From contig CAWJCY010000002.1 in NCBI GenBank assembly GCA_963841565.1, forward strand, positions 39,573-103,572: DNA of 64,000 nt. The letters run 5' to 3'. The position numbers were made by a program, and so were the translations under genes. Positions 1 through 10,284 of this stretch are shown here, one piece after another (the first letter of the stretch is position 1; the number at the start of each line of letters is the position of its first letter). Under the pieces are notes generated by a model that saw only the letters and a list, made by a program, of their open reading frames with translations, did not search any database and was not told the origin of the DNA. Source of the stretch: an uncultured Nitrososphaerales archaeon (GTDB taxonomy: Archaea; Thermoproteota; Nitrososphaeria; Nitrososphaerales; Nitrososphaeraceae).

Positions 1-744
1 CCTATCAACGTTAGCCTAAATGATGTAGCTGCGCACTATACTGCCGAGCCTTATGATGAAACAGAGGTAAGTGACGGCGACGTACTCAAGATCGACATAG
101 GAGTGCAAATTGACGGATATATAGCTGATACGGCTGTAACCGTATGCTACGACGCGAAGTATGACCCTCTAGTAAGAGCATCCGAGTCCGCACTAGCCGA
201 AGCGGTTAGATACGCCACCGCTAACGCCCGCGTGAACGATATAGGAAAAGTTATTGAAAGCACGATAGCTAAATTTGGCTTCAAACCTATTCAGAACTTG
301 AGCGGTCATTCGTTGGATCGATACACTATTCACGCAGGGAAATCGATACCGAATATCCGCACCATAGGACCCTCATTTGGGTTATTGGAAAACCAAGCTT
401 ACGCAATTGAACCCTTTGTGACCACAAAGAATGGTCATGGGGTTGTATTCGAGGGGAAAACAAGAAACATCTTTGCGATTCGATCTAGGAAATCTTCCAA
501 AGACAAGAAAGCTGATAAAGTCTTGGAAACAATATGGAACAAGTACAAGACCTTGCCATTCGCAGCTAGATGGTTAATGGATAGCTACGAAGCCGCTGAA
601 GTGCTCAGCTCAATAAACGTCCTAGTCGCAAAGAAAAATATCCATGCCTATCCTATCCTGGTAGAGACTCAAGGCCAGATCGTAACTCAGTCTGAACACA
701 CCATAATACCCAAGATTGATCATGTGGACATTATTACTCTTTAG
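1..744 (+). CDS. map: Methionine aminopeptidase type II (5' end outside window)
   Basis: Frame open from base 1 (PINVSLNDVAAHYT); KIDIGVQIDGYIADTA, NLSGH, AIEPF and QSEHT metal-binding motifs. Confidence 0.95.
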   Translation, partial: PINVSLNDVAAHYTAEPYDETEVSDGDVLKIDIGVQIDGYIADTAVTVCYDAKYDPLVRASESALAEAVRYATANARVNDIGKVIESTIAKFGFKPIQNLSGHSLDRYTIHAGKSIPNIRTIGPSFGLLENQAYAIEPFVTTKNGHGVVFEGKTRNIFAIRSRKSSKDKKADKVLETIWNKYKTLPFAARWLMDSYEAAEVLSSINVLVAKKNIHAYPILVETQGQIVTQSEHTIIPKIDHVDIITL

Positions 745-1026
745 GCAATTTAAGTAAAAAACAAAAATAGACCATCATTTACATTCCTGAAGATTGTTTG
801 CATTTATTCCCACAGTGTCATGCTATTCCATGACTAAATAGGACTAAGTCAGTTCAAAGCTAGTTTGTATCCTGCGAATAAGTCTATGGTACAAAGGTTG
901 TTCAATGACCAAACTGAAGGGTGAACAACGAACAAAGATACTCTCAAACGATCGATACTGCGTAAGGGTCAAGAAAAAGGTACGATATCGGAATAGACAA
1001 CAAAAAATTAAGCTAATTTCAGAATT

Positions 1027-2073
1027 TTAACCAAATTCCTTTTCTAGCATTCCTTTCTTTTCGCTAATTTGAAACAATTCGTCTGTTTTTTTTAGTGCTT
1101 CCGACCTAGGTCTTCGCATAATCATTGACTGGAGAAGAAGATGATTCTCTGGGATTACAAGGCCTGTTTGGTCATCGGAATACACAATCTTTAGAGTTTC
1201 ACCCTGGACGCGTAGCACATCTTGATGAATGTGTACCATGTTCGTATCTCCATGTTCAAATCCGAGCTCTATTGCTTTCATTCTAACATCCGCTGTTCCT
1301 TTAGCAGAATTTAAAATGGCTACAGCGAATTCATTCGTAAATAGGTCTAGAATTTGGTCCTTGGTGGGGGATCTTGAACGGAAACGGACAATCATCTGGT
1401 GAAGATGCATCATTCTAGAAGGTACTTTAAAGGCCTCAACATAAAGATTGGCATGAGGAATAAAGTCCTTCACGTCCTCTTGATGATGAGGATTTTTATC
1501 CCACTGGATGGAATCCTTCACGTCTTTGGAATCTTCTAGATCTGCCCACCTTCTAACCAACGTGACATCAAAACGTTGGATTTCATCTCCAAACTTTTCC
1601 ATCAGCGGCTGCATGACTTTGCCCATTCCAGATACATTACAGCTGCCTTGGATGATGTATTGTTTTCCTGAGGCTTCATCGTAATTTACTCTAGAATTAT
1701 GGATCATTTTTGCGACTGCTCTGTCACCATGTCGTTCTTCTCCTCCCTGAAAGATAGCAGGTTTTCTCATAGGTTCATAGAGTTTTGTTTTATTGCTGTA
1801 TCCGTTACCTTCCTTAGCCGCGTCTAACACTAGGTCACATTCAAAGACAGCTTCCTTCACAGAACCGGCTATCGAGTTCTTGTATTTATGAAGCAAGTTT
1901 TCAGGGACGTAAATATCAAATTTATTCTTGAGATCTTTTAATATCTGCTCATCTAAAGTATATTTGGCTATCCCCAACAAACCAAATTCGTTGTCCTTTG
2001 ATAGGGCGGAAGCGAGTCTCCTTCCTATATTCCCATATCCGTTAACGAATATCTTGACCTTTTGCTTCACCAT
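1027..2073 (-). CDS. gap: Archaeal type II glyceraldehyde-3-phosphate dehydrogenase
   Basis: VNGYGNIGRR Rossmann motif, IFQGGE, catalytic SCN; ATG at 2073 preferred over the ORF-track start 2145. Confidence 0.9.
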   Translation of the reverse strand: MVKQKVKIFVNGYGNIGRRLASALSKDNEFGLLGIAKYTLDEQILKDLKNKFDIYVPENLLHKYKNSIAGSVKEAVFECDLVLDAAKEGNGYSNKTKLYEPMRKPAIFQGGEERHGDRAVAKMIHNSRVNYDEASGKQYIIQGSCNVSGMGKVMQPLMEKFGDEIQRFDVTLVRRWADLEDSKDVKDSIQWDKNPHHQEDVKDFIPHANLYVEAFKVPSRMMHLHQMIVRFRSRSPTKDQILDLFTNEFAVAILNSAKGTADVRMKAIELGFEHGDTNMVHIHQDVLRVQGETLKIVYSDDQTGLVIPENHLLLQSMIMRRPRSEALKKTDELFQISEKKGMLEKEFG

Positions 2074-2259
2074 AGGATAAGAAGCAGAAGGTTTGCTTTT
2101 ATATACTGTAGTTGACCTATAGAGTTGAGACGGACCGATTATCAATTAGATTTTTATAGGTTGAAGAAAATTAATAGGAGCATACACTCGTGATCGATTC
2201 ACTTCCGGCTTCAGCTACAAATGAACTGCAGGGATTTCACATGGAGGTGATATTTCAAC

Positions 2260-2847
2260 TTGAAAATCCTTATCATTGACAACTATGACTCTTTTGTTTA
2301 CAATGTGGCTCAACTGATTGGCAAGCTAGGATATAGGCCTACTGTGATCCGAAATGATGAAAGAACAGTAAAGGATATTAGGAAAATGAATCCGGATGGT
2401 ATCGTGATATCACCAGGCCCAGGAACTCCTACAGAAAAGCGAGACTTTGGAGTATGCGGTGGTGTTATTAGTCACCTAGGCCCTTCGTTTCCTATACTAG
2501 GGATTTGTCTGGGACATCAAGGCATAGTCAGCTCATTTGGTGGAAGGATTATTAATGCTAAGGAAATCAGGCATGGAAAGGTAAGTGAAATAAAATACGC
2601 ATCTAGTGATTTGTTCATCGATCTTGATAATCCATTTGTAGCGACACGATATCATTCACTTGTTGCTGATCCGTCCAAGATCCCGGATTGCCTGGAAGTT
2701 ACGGCACTTTCCAATGACGATCATGAGATAATGGCAGTGAGGCATAAGAAGTATCTAATTGAAGGGGTACAGTTCCACCCTGAATCAGTAATGACATCGC
2801 AAGGTCCTCAGATTCTTCTAAATTTTTTGAATATGATAAGGAGATGA
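2260..2847 (+). CDS. trpG: Anthranilate synthase component II (glutamine amidotransferase)
   Basis: IDNYDSF, SPGPG, LGICLGHQ, RYHSL, QFHPES; overlaps trpD. Confidence 0.93.
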   Translation: MKILIIDNYDSFVYNVAQLIGKLGYRPTVIRNDERTVKDIRKMNPDGIVISPGPGTPTEKRDFGVCGGVISHLGPSFPILGICLGHQGIVSSFGGRIINAKEIRHGKVSEIKYASSDLFIDLDNPFVATRYHSLVADPSKIPDCLEVTALSNDDHEIMAVRHKKYLIEGVQFHPESVMTSQGPQILLNFLNMIRR

Positions 2848-3926
2848 AATCTGCTAGATCTCCATTGCAAGTATTGATCGAGAGAGTGGTCACAGAAAAG
2901 GCTAATCTAAGCAGAGCAGATACGGTCTTCGCATTCGAGTGTATGTTCAATGGTAGTGAATCTGACACAGCTATTGGTTCGTTTCTTACTGCTTTGGCCA
3001 TGAAGGGTGAATCCGATGACGAGATATTGGGAACCTATGAAGCAGTTAGGAAGAAAGAAAACATGTTTGGGCCTGCATTGGGACCGTCCATTGATATCTG
3101 CGGTACGGGTGGAGAAGCACTAAAAACTTTTAACATAAGCACTGCTGCCGCCATTGTCACAGCGGCTTCTGGTTGCCGAGTTGCAAAACACGGAAACCGT
3201 TCCATGTCTGGTCCTTGTGGAAGTGCAGATTTCCTTGAGGCTGTAGGGTTTGATCTACTTTCGCCTAACGAGAGGTTGTTGCGTTCGCTTGATAAAGTGG
3301 GACTTACCTTTCTGTTCGCGCCCAATTTTCATCCCTTGATGAAAAATATTTCCAACGCGCGGAGGGCATTGGCAATAAGAACAATTCTAAATATTGTCGG
3401 TCCACTTTGCAATCCTTGTGTTAATTTAAGTGGGCAGCTAATAGGTGTGTCCAAGGCATCCTTATTAACACAGATATCTAATGTGATGAAAAAATCAAAT
3501 CTTAAGAGATTCATGGTAGCTTATTCACAAGATGGATTTGATGAGTTGACCAATACTTGCGATAGTAATGTTATCTACTTCAATCAAGGCCAGCTAAGCA
3601 AACTTCTCATCCACCCACAGGAATATGATTTGGCTCTCTCGGAAAAGGATGATCTGACAATAAGTTCGAAAGAGGAGTGTATTAGACTAACCATGGAAAC
3701 CATATATGGCTATGCTCCAGTGAAGATACTGGATGCAATTGTGTTAAACGCTGCTGCTGCTTTGCTAATAGGGAATTTAGTTGACAAGCTTAGTGAAGGG
3801 ATAGAGTTAGCTAGAAATAACATAAAGAATGGAAATGCACGCGCAATTCTTCATGAGCTCATAAGGGAGTGTGGCGACGAGGAGAAACTGCTAAGGGTCG
3901 AACGAACTCTTCGTAAGCGACATTAA
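2844..3926 (+). CDS. trpD: Anthranilate phosphoribosyltransferase
   Basis: DICGTGG, FNIST, KHGNRS, GSAD, DGFDE motifs. Confidence 0.95.
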   Translation: MKSARSPLQVLIERVVTEKANLSRADTVFAFECMFNGSESDTAIGSFLTALAMKGESDDEILGTYEAVRKKENMFGPALGPSIDICGTGGEALKTFNISTAAAIVTAASGCRVAKHGNRSMSGPCGSADFLEAVGFDLLSPNERLLRSLDKVGLTFLFAPNFHPLMKNISNARRALAIRTILNIVGPLCNPCVNLSGQLIGVSKASLLTQISNVMKKSNLKRFMVAYSQDGFDELTNTCDSNVIYFNQGQLSKLLIHPQEYDLALSEKDDLTISSKEECIRLTMETIYGYAPVKILDAIVLNAAAALLIGNLVDKLSEGIELARNNIKNGNARAILHELIRECGDEEKLLRVERTLRKRH

Positions 3927-4143
3927 GAGGAAAATCATTCATGAGGCCGCCAGAAGGCGAATCTACTGCGTCGACGCTACTCTTACCGATAAGAGCCGCT
4001 GCGGGGATTTCAAGTTGCTTTTTTTCTATAGTAATTTAATAGAATTTGGTTTTGTCGATCAATGACCGGGATTATTGCTATTAAAGGAAGAAAAAATTTG
4101 TTATCTAACACTTGCTTGCGTTTATCAAGTGCAGATCATTTAT

Positions 4144-4404
4144 TCACTTTTTTTTAGTTTTTGACTTCGGCTTAGCCTTAACCTTAGCCTTAGAGCTTGA
4201 TTTCTTTGCTACTTTTCTCTTGCCTGCCTTAGCCTTAGGAGCAGCTGCAGTTTTTACCCTGCCACCACCTATTTTGAACATTTTTGTACTACAAACAGGA
4301 CAAGTTCCTGACAAAGCCCTTTGACCATTTTTCATCGTTATCTGCTTTTCATCTTCCATATCTCGTTTTGCCTTACATTTTACACAATACGCTTGTGTTG
4401 CCAA
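4144..4404 (-). CDS. DUF5679-like small zinc-finger protein with Lys/Ala-rich tail (possible nucleoid protein)
   Basis: AYCVKC...GTCPVC..KMFKI followed by a highly basic tail. Confidence 0.75.
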   Translation of the reverse strand: MATQAYCVKCKAKRDMEDEKQITMKNGQRALSGTCPVCSTKMFKIGGGRVKTAAAPKAKAGKRKVAKKSSSKAKVKAKPKSKTKKK

Positions 4405-4906
4405 CTACAGATAATCTATCCTGCTTAAATATAAGAATAGCTCCTATCACAGAGTCGTTGTAGTCTTTATTACCATATCAATACAGGGATCATGATACTT
4501 TTTTCCAGAAACGAGTATTCTAACTTCGACACGTGGTCCAAATTCTCTATTGTTCTACGGAATGGTGTTTACTATCCAAGAGATTTGGATTGTCCTCTTG
4601 CAAGGGAAGCTTCCTAGTAAAGGCGCTTCGACGAAATCTTGTAGTTCTTCAATGGGACTTTCGTTAGAGATGAAACATTCATCGATGGTAAGATGGAATT
4701 ATGTTGTATCTAGGGGTGTCTTAGTCCAATAGTTAAATATGATTCGAAATTTGAAGTTTAATCAAATCAGGCAATTTGTAGTTCTACATTTGCAGTCCGA
4801 GCTACCCTAATTTCAGTCACTCGTTATCTATTACCTAACAAAAATGAACTGAATGCAAGTACGAGTGCTATTAATTTTAATATTGAATGCAAGTAGATGA
4901 TTTTGC

Positions 4907-6430
4907 CTAAGTGGTGAGTTTTGAATCATTCATTCCGAATATCTTAGTAAAGTAATCTGCCTGTTCATGGTCTAGTTCTTCTGTTTCACCTTCGTGGACG
5001 TTTGCCAATTTCTTTGCCAACTTCTTTTTGTATCCCAACTGCATTTGTCTTGCAATCTGTATGCGTTGGGCCTGGGGTGAACCCGCCCCATGCATAGACT
5101 CGGTAAGATATCCCACTGCGTTCCTACCAAGTGTCATGTTTTCAATTAATCTTAATATTCTTACACGGTTTTCCGTTGATACGCCTTTTCTTCCCTTCAA
5201 ATATTTTTCAAGCAGAGGCCCAACTATTGGGCTCTTAAAATCCTTCTCAGATGGCATGGTAACCATTAAGCCTCCTGCCACATCCTGGGCTATTCTGCTC
5301 AGCTCATAAGGAAATCTAGTTACATTGTGCTTGCAGACATTAGCAAGCATATCGTCGTTTTGAAAATTACCAGAGGCAGTCTGTTGGGACTGGTACGATG
5401 ATGCAATCCCTGCTGCAAAAATGGTCTCATTCAAATGAGTCATTTCTACTAGCTTGTCCTTGATATGAGAAGCGTTTGCCACTCCATTGTAATCGGCGAT
5501 TGCAGCAGCAGCTCCGATCAAGACGTCTCCTAAGCCAGTCTTACAAACGTAGCTCCGTCTATGATAGCAGGTAAAGCGCTCTACAAGCATTGAGGCGTAC
5601 TCAACTTCTCCATCCATGAAAATCCTTTCTTTTGGAATGAACACGTCCTTAAAAATTATCATGGCCTCTTGACCAGAAAACTGTGCATTTCCGGGGTCAA
5701 TATCTCCACCTTCCATGCTTCGAGTATCGCATGATTGTCTGCCGTAAATGTAAGTTATCCCAGGAGCATCAACGGGCACTGCACCCACTATCGCGTAATC
5801 CCTATCTTCGGATCGTAATCTCATTGTAGGCATGACCATTATCCAATGTGAATTAATGCAGCCAGTCTGATGCGCTTTGGCTCCAGTCACGTATACCCCA
5901 TTTTCATCTCTTTTTGAAACATGCAGAAACATATCTGGGTCGTCCTGTTGGCTGGGAGAAAGGCTCCGATCACCCTTTACGTCAGTCATTGCTCCGCCAA
6001 TGACCAAATTTTCAGTTTGAACAAATTTTATAAATTCCTTGAGTCTGGGATGATACGCGGTATTATGCTTCTTGTCGATTTCATAAGTAGTGGAATATAA
6101 AGAATTCAAGGCATCCATTCCGACACATCTCTGAAAACAAGTGGCAGTCAGTTGTCCTAATTTTCGCTGCATACGATTCTGGTTGACTAAATCCGCTGCA
6201 CTTTCGGTAATGTGTAAGAATCTATTCACTCTCGTATCAGACAAGGAAGAATGAACCGAAGCCAGCTCAGGCTCCTTCTCGGCCAATTCATATGTTTCAG
6301 CAACAGCATTAATCGAAGGTCGTATCATAGGATGATCAACGGGTTCATTTACAAGTTCTCCAAACAAATATACCTCTAGATTTCGTCCTCTGAGACTCTG
6401 TATATATTCCGCCCCACTGCGAATAGGCAT
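4907..6430 (-). CDS. abfD: 4-hydroxybutyryl-CoA dehydratase (HP/HB carbon fixation cycle)
   Basis: CFQRCVGMD Fe-S motif, AMTDVKGDRS, GAKAHQTG, HRRSYVCK, ESMHGAGSPQAQ. Confidence 0.95.
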   Translation of the reverse strand: MPIRSGAEYIQSLRGRNLEVYLFGELVNEPVDHPMIRPSINAVAETYELAEKEPELASVHSSLSDTRVNRFLHITESAADLVNQNRMQRKLGQLTATCFQRCVGMDALNSLYSTTYEIDKKHNTAYHPRLKEFIKFVQTENLVIGGAMTDVKGDRSLSPSQQDDPDMFLHVSKRDENGVYVTGAKAHQTGCINSHWIMVMPTMRLRSEDRDYAIVGAVPVDAPGITYIYGRQSCDTRSMEGGDIDPGNAQFSGQEAMIIFKDVFIPKERIFMDGEVEYASMLVERFTCYHRRSYVCKTGLGDVLIGAAAAIADYNGVANASHIKDKLVEMTHLNETIFAAGIASSYQSQQTASGNFQNDDMLANVCKHNVTRFPYELSRIAQDVAGGLMVTMPSEKDFKSPIVGPLLEKYLKGRKGVSTENRVRILRLIENMTLGRNAVGYLTESMHGAGSPQAQRIQIARQMQLGYKKKLAKKLANVHEGETEELDHEQADYFTKIFGMNDSKLTT

Positions 6431-6753
6431 GGTTAACTAATATTATCTTTGATATTATTTATATCTTCATTTCAACTTTTTGAAAAGTACTCTCACTATG
6501 ATAGAATTATTTCACTAAATTGAGAACAAAGCATTTGTCTTATGCGATAAGATGCTAGCGCAAATAGGTATAGTGTAAATAGAAGTTGAAGATATAACAT
6601 TCAAGTTTCTCGTCTTGAAAAGAAATCTAATTAACAAATAGGCAAAATATATAGAAATAGAATTAAACAAAAGGTTGGACGTATTAGCTTCTTGACGCTT
6701 TCGTATCTAAGCTTAGAAAGGTTTTTTATTCACCGGATTTCCGTAGGGATTTA

Positions 6754-7287
6754 TTGGCTGCAAAACCACTTGATCTAAAGAAGTTAATAAAGAATTTTCC
6801 CGATTTCCCAAAACAAGGGGTATTATTCAGGGATATTAATCCTCTAATTAGTGACGGAGGTGCCTTGAATTATATCTCGGAAGAATTTTATCGCAGGTTT
6901 AGTGCAGAAAAACCTACGATGATCGCAGGAATTGAATCTAGAGGCTTTATTATTGCGACCTGTATCGCAATTAGATTTGGCGTAGGTGTGATCATGATTA
7001 GAAAAGCTGGAAAATTGCCAGGCAAGATTAGTCGGCAATCATATCAGATTGAATACGGCACAGCGGAGATGGAAATTCAACAAGGCAGTCTTCTACCAGG
7101 ACAAAATGTCATTGTTGCTGATGATTTGATAGCAACGGGCGGCACGGCCTTGGCAGCTGCGAGGTTATTGAGAGAAGAGGGGGCTAATATCTCTGGATTC
7201 GCTTTTTTGATAGAACTAGGTGACCTGAGAGGTGGAGCTGCTTTACGCGAATTAGGATATAATACCCAGTCATTAATAGAGTACTAG
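6754..7287 (+). CDS. apt: Adenine phosphoribosyltransferase
   Basis: PDFPKQGVLFRDI, ESRGF, RKAGKLPG, DDLIATGGT PRPP motif. Confidence 0.95.
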   Translation: MAAKPLDLKKLIKNFPDFPKQGVLFRDINPLISDGGALNYISEEFYRRFSAEKPTMIAGIESRGFIIATCIAIRFGVGVIMIRKAGKLPGKISRQSYQIEYGTAEMEIQQGSLLPGQNVIVADDLIATGGTALAAARLLREEGANISGFAFLIELGDLRGGAALRELGYNTQSLIEY

Positions 7288-7293
7288 TTCAAA

Positions 7294-8097
7294 ATGACGT
7301 CCGAGATCACTGCCGATATTGCAATTATTGGGGGAACAGGCATGTATGATACTACCATACTCACAAATCTAGTAGAAGCTAAGATGAGCACTCCATTTGG
7401 ACATCCTTCTGACCTCATCACCATAGGTGAATTGGAAGGTGTAAAGGTGGCATTTTTGCCTCGACACGGTAGAAATCATACAATACCTCCTCATGGCATT
7501 AACTATAGAGCAAACATTTGGGCGTTAAAGGAGATTGGAGTAACAAGAATAATTTCTCCCTCCGCTGTCGGAAGCCTTGATAGGGCTTTTGTCCCAGGGG
7601 ACATCATATTACCTGACCAATTTGTAGATTTTACTAAAAGGAGAGAACAAACCTTCTACTCGGGAGGAAGAGTTTGTCATATTTCAGTAGCCGACCCATT
7701 CTGTCCTGAGCTTAGAGATATAACTGCCAAATTGGCTAGAAAACATTCATTCCCTTGTCATGATCAGGCCGCATACTTGTGCATAGAAGGCCCGAGATTC
7801 TCAACAAGGGCGGAATCCAAATATTACCGCGAGGTGGTAGGCGCCCAAATAATCGGGATGACCCTAGTTCCTGAATGTGTGTTGGCGAGAGAGGCGGAAA
7901 TTTGCTATTTATCATTGGCAACAATTACTGACTTTGATGTATGGGCTCAACAACCCGTTAGCTCTCAAGGTATTTTGACCCAATTGAAAGAAAATATTGG
8001 GAAGATTAAGACCCTGATCAAGGAACTAATCTTAGAGATACCGAAAAGTAGAAGTAGATGCAGCTGTGGAATCTCACTCAAAGATGCCTTGGTCTAG
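7294..8097 (+). CDS. mtnP: S-methyl-5'-thioadenosine phosphorylase
   Basis: IIGGTG, RHG..H, NYRANI, EGPRFSTRAES, GMTLVPE, TDFD. Confidence 0.93.
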   Translation: MTSEITADIAIIGGTGMYDTTILTNLVEAKMSTPFGHPSDLITIGELEGVKVAFLPRHGRNHTIPPHGINYRANIWALKEIGVTRIISPSAVGSLDRAFVPGDIILPDQFVDFTKRREQTFYSGGRVCHISVADPFCPELRDITAKLARKHSFPCHDQAAYLCIEGPRFSTRAESKYYREVVGAQIIGMTLVPECVLAREAEICYLSLATITDFDVWAQQPVSSQGILTQLKENIGKIKTLIKELILEIPKSRSRCSCGISLKDALV

Positions 8098-8435
8098 ACA
8101 GTCATTTTATCTATATCCCCTTGCCGATTCGGTTTCAGAATGACGTCCCCCTCAATAAGTTTTCTCTGGAGACTCAGTGAAAGTTTTTCGCCATCTAGAC
8201 CCATTTTTGTGACCTCAGCAAGAGTTTTCTTTGAAAGATTTAAGCTAATGTTATGCCCACCGATCCTCCCAAATGCTAACGCATTAAAATTGAATTTCTT
8301 ACCATCTATCAATAAATATCCTCTCAACTTGCTTGCAATGTTTCCTCCTCTAGAGGAAGTTATCACCACAGTATAAGGGTGAGGGAATTCTGGAATCTTA
8401 TTTGGTTGCATTTCCAGGAAGAACCTCAGTAACAT
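8094..8435 (-). CDS. Hypothetical protein (start uncertain)
   Basis: 113 aa ORF in a co-oriented cluster; AFGRIGGHN core looks protein-like. Confidence 0.65.
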   Translation of the reverse strand: MLLRFFLEMQPNKIPEFPHPYTVVITSSRGGNIASKLRGYLLIDGKKFNFNALAFGRIGGHNISLNLSKKTLAEVTKMGLDGEKLSLSLQRKLIEGDVILKPNRQGDIDKMTV

Positions 8436-8835
8436 CTAATGTTCGATTTACATTGGGCTCAACCAAAAAACTCCACCAATCAGCATCAACAATACTAAAG
8501 TTCTCACTATTGACATCAACCACTGACTCATCATCTGAATCAATGAATCGTTGAAGACCCTCTACAGCAAGTTCTACTAGCTTCCATCTGTTAGTCCCAC
8601 TTCGCTTTCTATTTACTGCTACCGCCCATTTCTTACTTTTGTCAATTCTATGCAGCCCGATCTTGTCTGAAATATCTAGGACACCGATTCTTTTTTCTTC
8701 ACAGAATAACTCTTTCGTCACTACGCTTCGCCAGACATCAACAGATCCAATATTTCTATGTCCTTCATTTATATTGATAACCCCAAAATACACAACTCCG
8801 GTGACTGAATTGGAATTACTCGAATCCGATGCCAA
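8398..8835 (-). CDS. Hypothetical protein
   Basis: 145 aa ORF co-oriented with neighbours. Confidence 0.7.
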   Translation of the reverse strand: MASDSSNSNSVTGVVYFGVININEGHRNIGSVDVWRSVVTKELFCEEKRIGVLDISDKIGLHRIDKSKKWAVAVNRKRSGTNRWKLVELAVEGLQRFIDSDDESVVDVNSENFSIVDADWWSFLVEPNVNRTLDVTEVLPGNATK

Positions 8836-8868
8836 TCAATTCGTCCTTAGATTTAACCATCGGTATAT

Positions 8869-9228
8869 TTAATTGGTTCTCGCCAAATCGTAGTACTTTT
8901 CTAAATAGACTGCTAGGCTATCCACTTTATCGTTCTTACCATATTCCACGCCAAGCTCATTGCATCTCCTTCTATACCTGTTAGAGAGGGCGAATCGGGG
9001 ATGAAGTGATTCAAATTTATCGTCTCCGATTTCGATAAACATTCCTTTCTCCGTCAACATAGTTGAATAGAGCTTGGCCTTCTCAGCATTCCAACTGCAA
9101 GCCTCTGCAATTTTGGATACAGTCAATTTCCCAGAATATACGACCAACAAGTAAAGTTGGGCTTCATTTGGATCCAGCCCTAATATTGATGTTAATGTAT
9201 AATCGGAATTTCTACGACGCGCAATCAC
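8869..9228 (-). CDS. TrmB-family helix-turn-helix protein
   Basis: LGLDPNEAQLYLLVV...LTVSKIA...LTEKGM matches the TrmB N-terminal wHTH pattern. Confidence 0.7.
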   Translation of the reverse strand: MIARRRNSDYTLTSILGLDPNEAQLYLLVVYSGKLTVSKIAEACSWNAEKAKLYSTMLTEKGMFIEIGDDKFESLHPRFALSNRYRRRCNELGVEYGKNDKVDSLAVYLEKYYDLARTN

Positions 9229-9306
9229 GACAGTTCCCAGTACTTTGCAATAGCCTTTATTAAGGTATAATCGCTTTGTTCAGCTAAAATCCAGGTGTAA
9301 ATTAAT

Positions 9307-10164
9307 TTAATACACTACTTGATTCATCGTAACCTGAGCACCCAGCCCGGAGAACACAAGAATATTAACAATGACTACAGAAATTACAATAAGCGCCGGA
9401 AATGTCAATCCTTTTACCCCTCCCGGGATTATCTGGTGCCTGAAAATAACCAAGAATGCAGCAGCGAGAATACCTGTTATAGATAAAGATGATATCAAAC
9501 TTGCATTTGCGATTAGCTCAGTGGCATAAGAAACACTAGAAATCACACCGATCTGTGTATAAAGCCCCGAGAAAACTATCAGATTCACGGCCACCACCGA
9601 TGCTACAGTAACCGTAGATAAGAAGACGCCTTTCGTTCCCCTAGGAATTATCTGCCTCCTGAACATAATCAGGAACGCCGCAGCGAGAATACCTGTTATC
9701 GATAAAGATGATATCAAACTTGCATTTGCGATCATCTTGTCTAAATCCAATCCAGGGAGGCCCAAAGCCGAATTAACCTGCAATACAGATATTATTGCAG
9801 CAACGATACCTGCATAAGGAATTATCCACATAAACTCCTTTAATGACTGTCGCCCTATGCTTCCTCTGGATGGCATCTGATCCTCCATCACCTTAGGAGA
9901 GACAGAAACTTGCTCTGGTCGATTGTCGATGTAACTATGATCGATTTCTTGAAGAAACCGAAATCCTTGGTCAGTAAGGGTATATTGCTTCGAATTTTTT
10001 CCTACATAATTAGCCATTCGCTCAAGATGATAGTATATGGAGCCGGTAGAAAGTCCGGTAGAATTTCTTATGTCGGAGAACCGTGCAGCTCCTCTCTTTT
10101 CTGCTATCGCTCTCAAGATCTTTATTCTAGTTCGTCTTGCCCGCAGCTGCGTCTCTCCGGTCAA
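9307..10164 (-). CDS. Winged-helix regulator with C-terminal membrane domain containing an internal duplication
   Basis: RIKIL...RFSDI...LSTGSIYYHL...YTLTDQG wHTH, then about 5 hydrophobic helices; IANASLISSLSITGILAAAFL occurs twice. Confidence 0.8.
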   Translation of the reverse strand: MTGETQLRARRTRIKILRAIAEKRGAARFSDIRNSTGLSTGSIYYHLERMANYVGKNSKQYTLTDQGFRFLQEIDHSYIDNRPEQVSVSPKVMEDQMPSRGSIGRQSLKEFMWIIPYAGIVAAIISVLQVNSALGLPGLDLDKMIANASLISSLSITGILAAAFLIMFRRQIIPRGTKGVFLSTVTVASVVAVNLIVFSGLYTQIGVISSVSYATELIANASLISSLSITGILAAAFLVIFRHQIIPGGVKGLTFPALIVISVVIVNILVFSGLGAQVTMNQVVY

Positions 10165-10284
10165 TATCGTTGGGTATGCTCCGAAATTATTTATCTCTTT
10201 CCTTGATAGGTATTCATACCTAAATCATCTAGGTGGCGGAGATACGCTGATATTACGCTTCAATATTTACAGCCGTTGCTGGGT

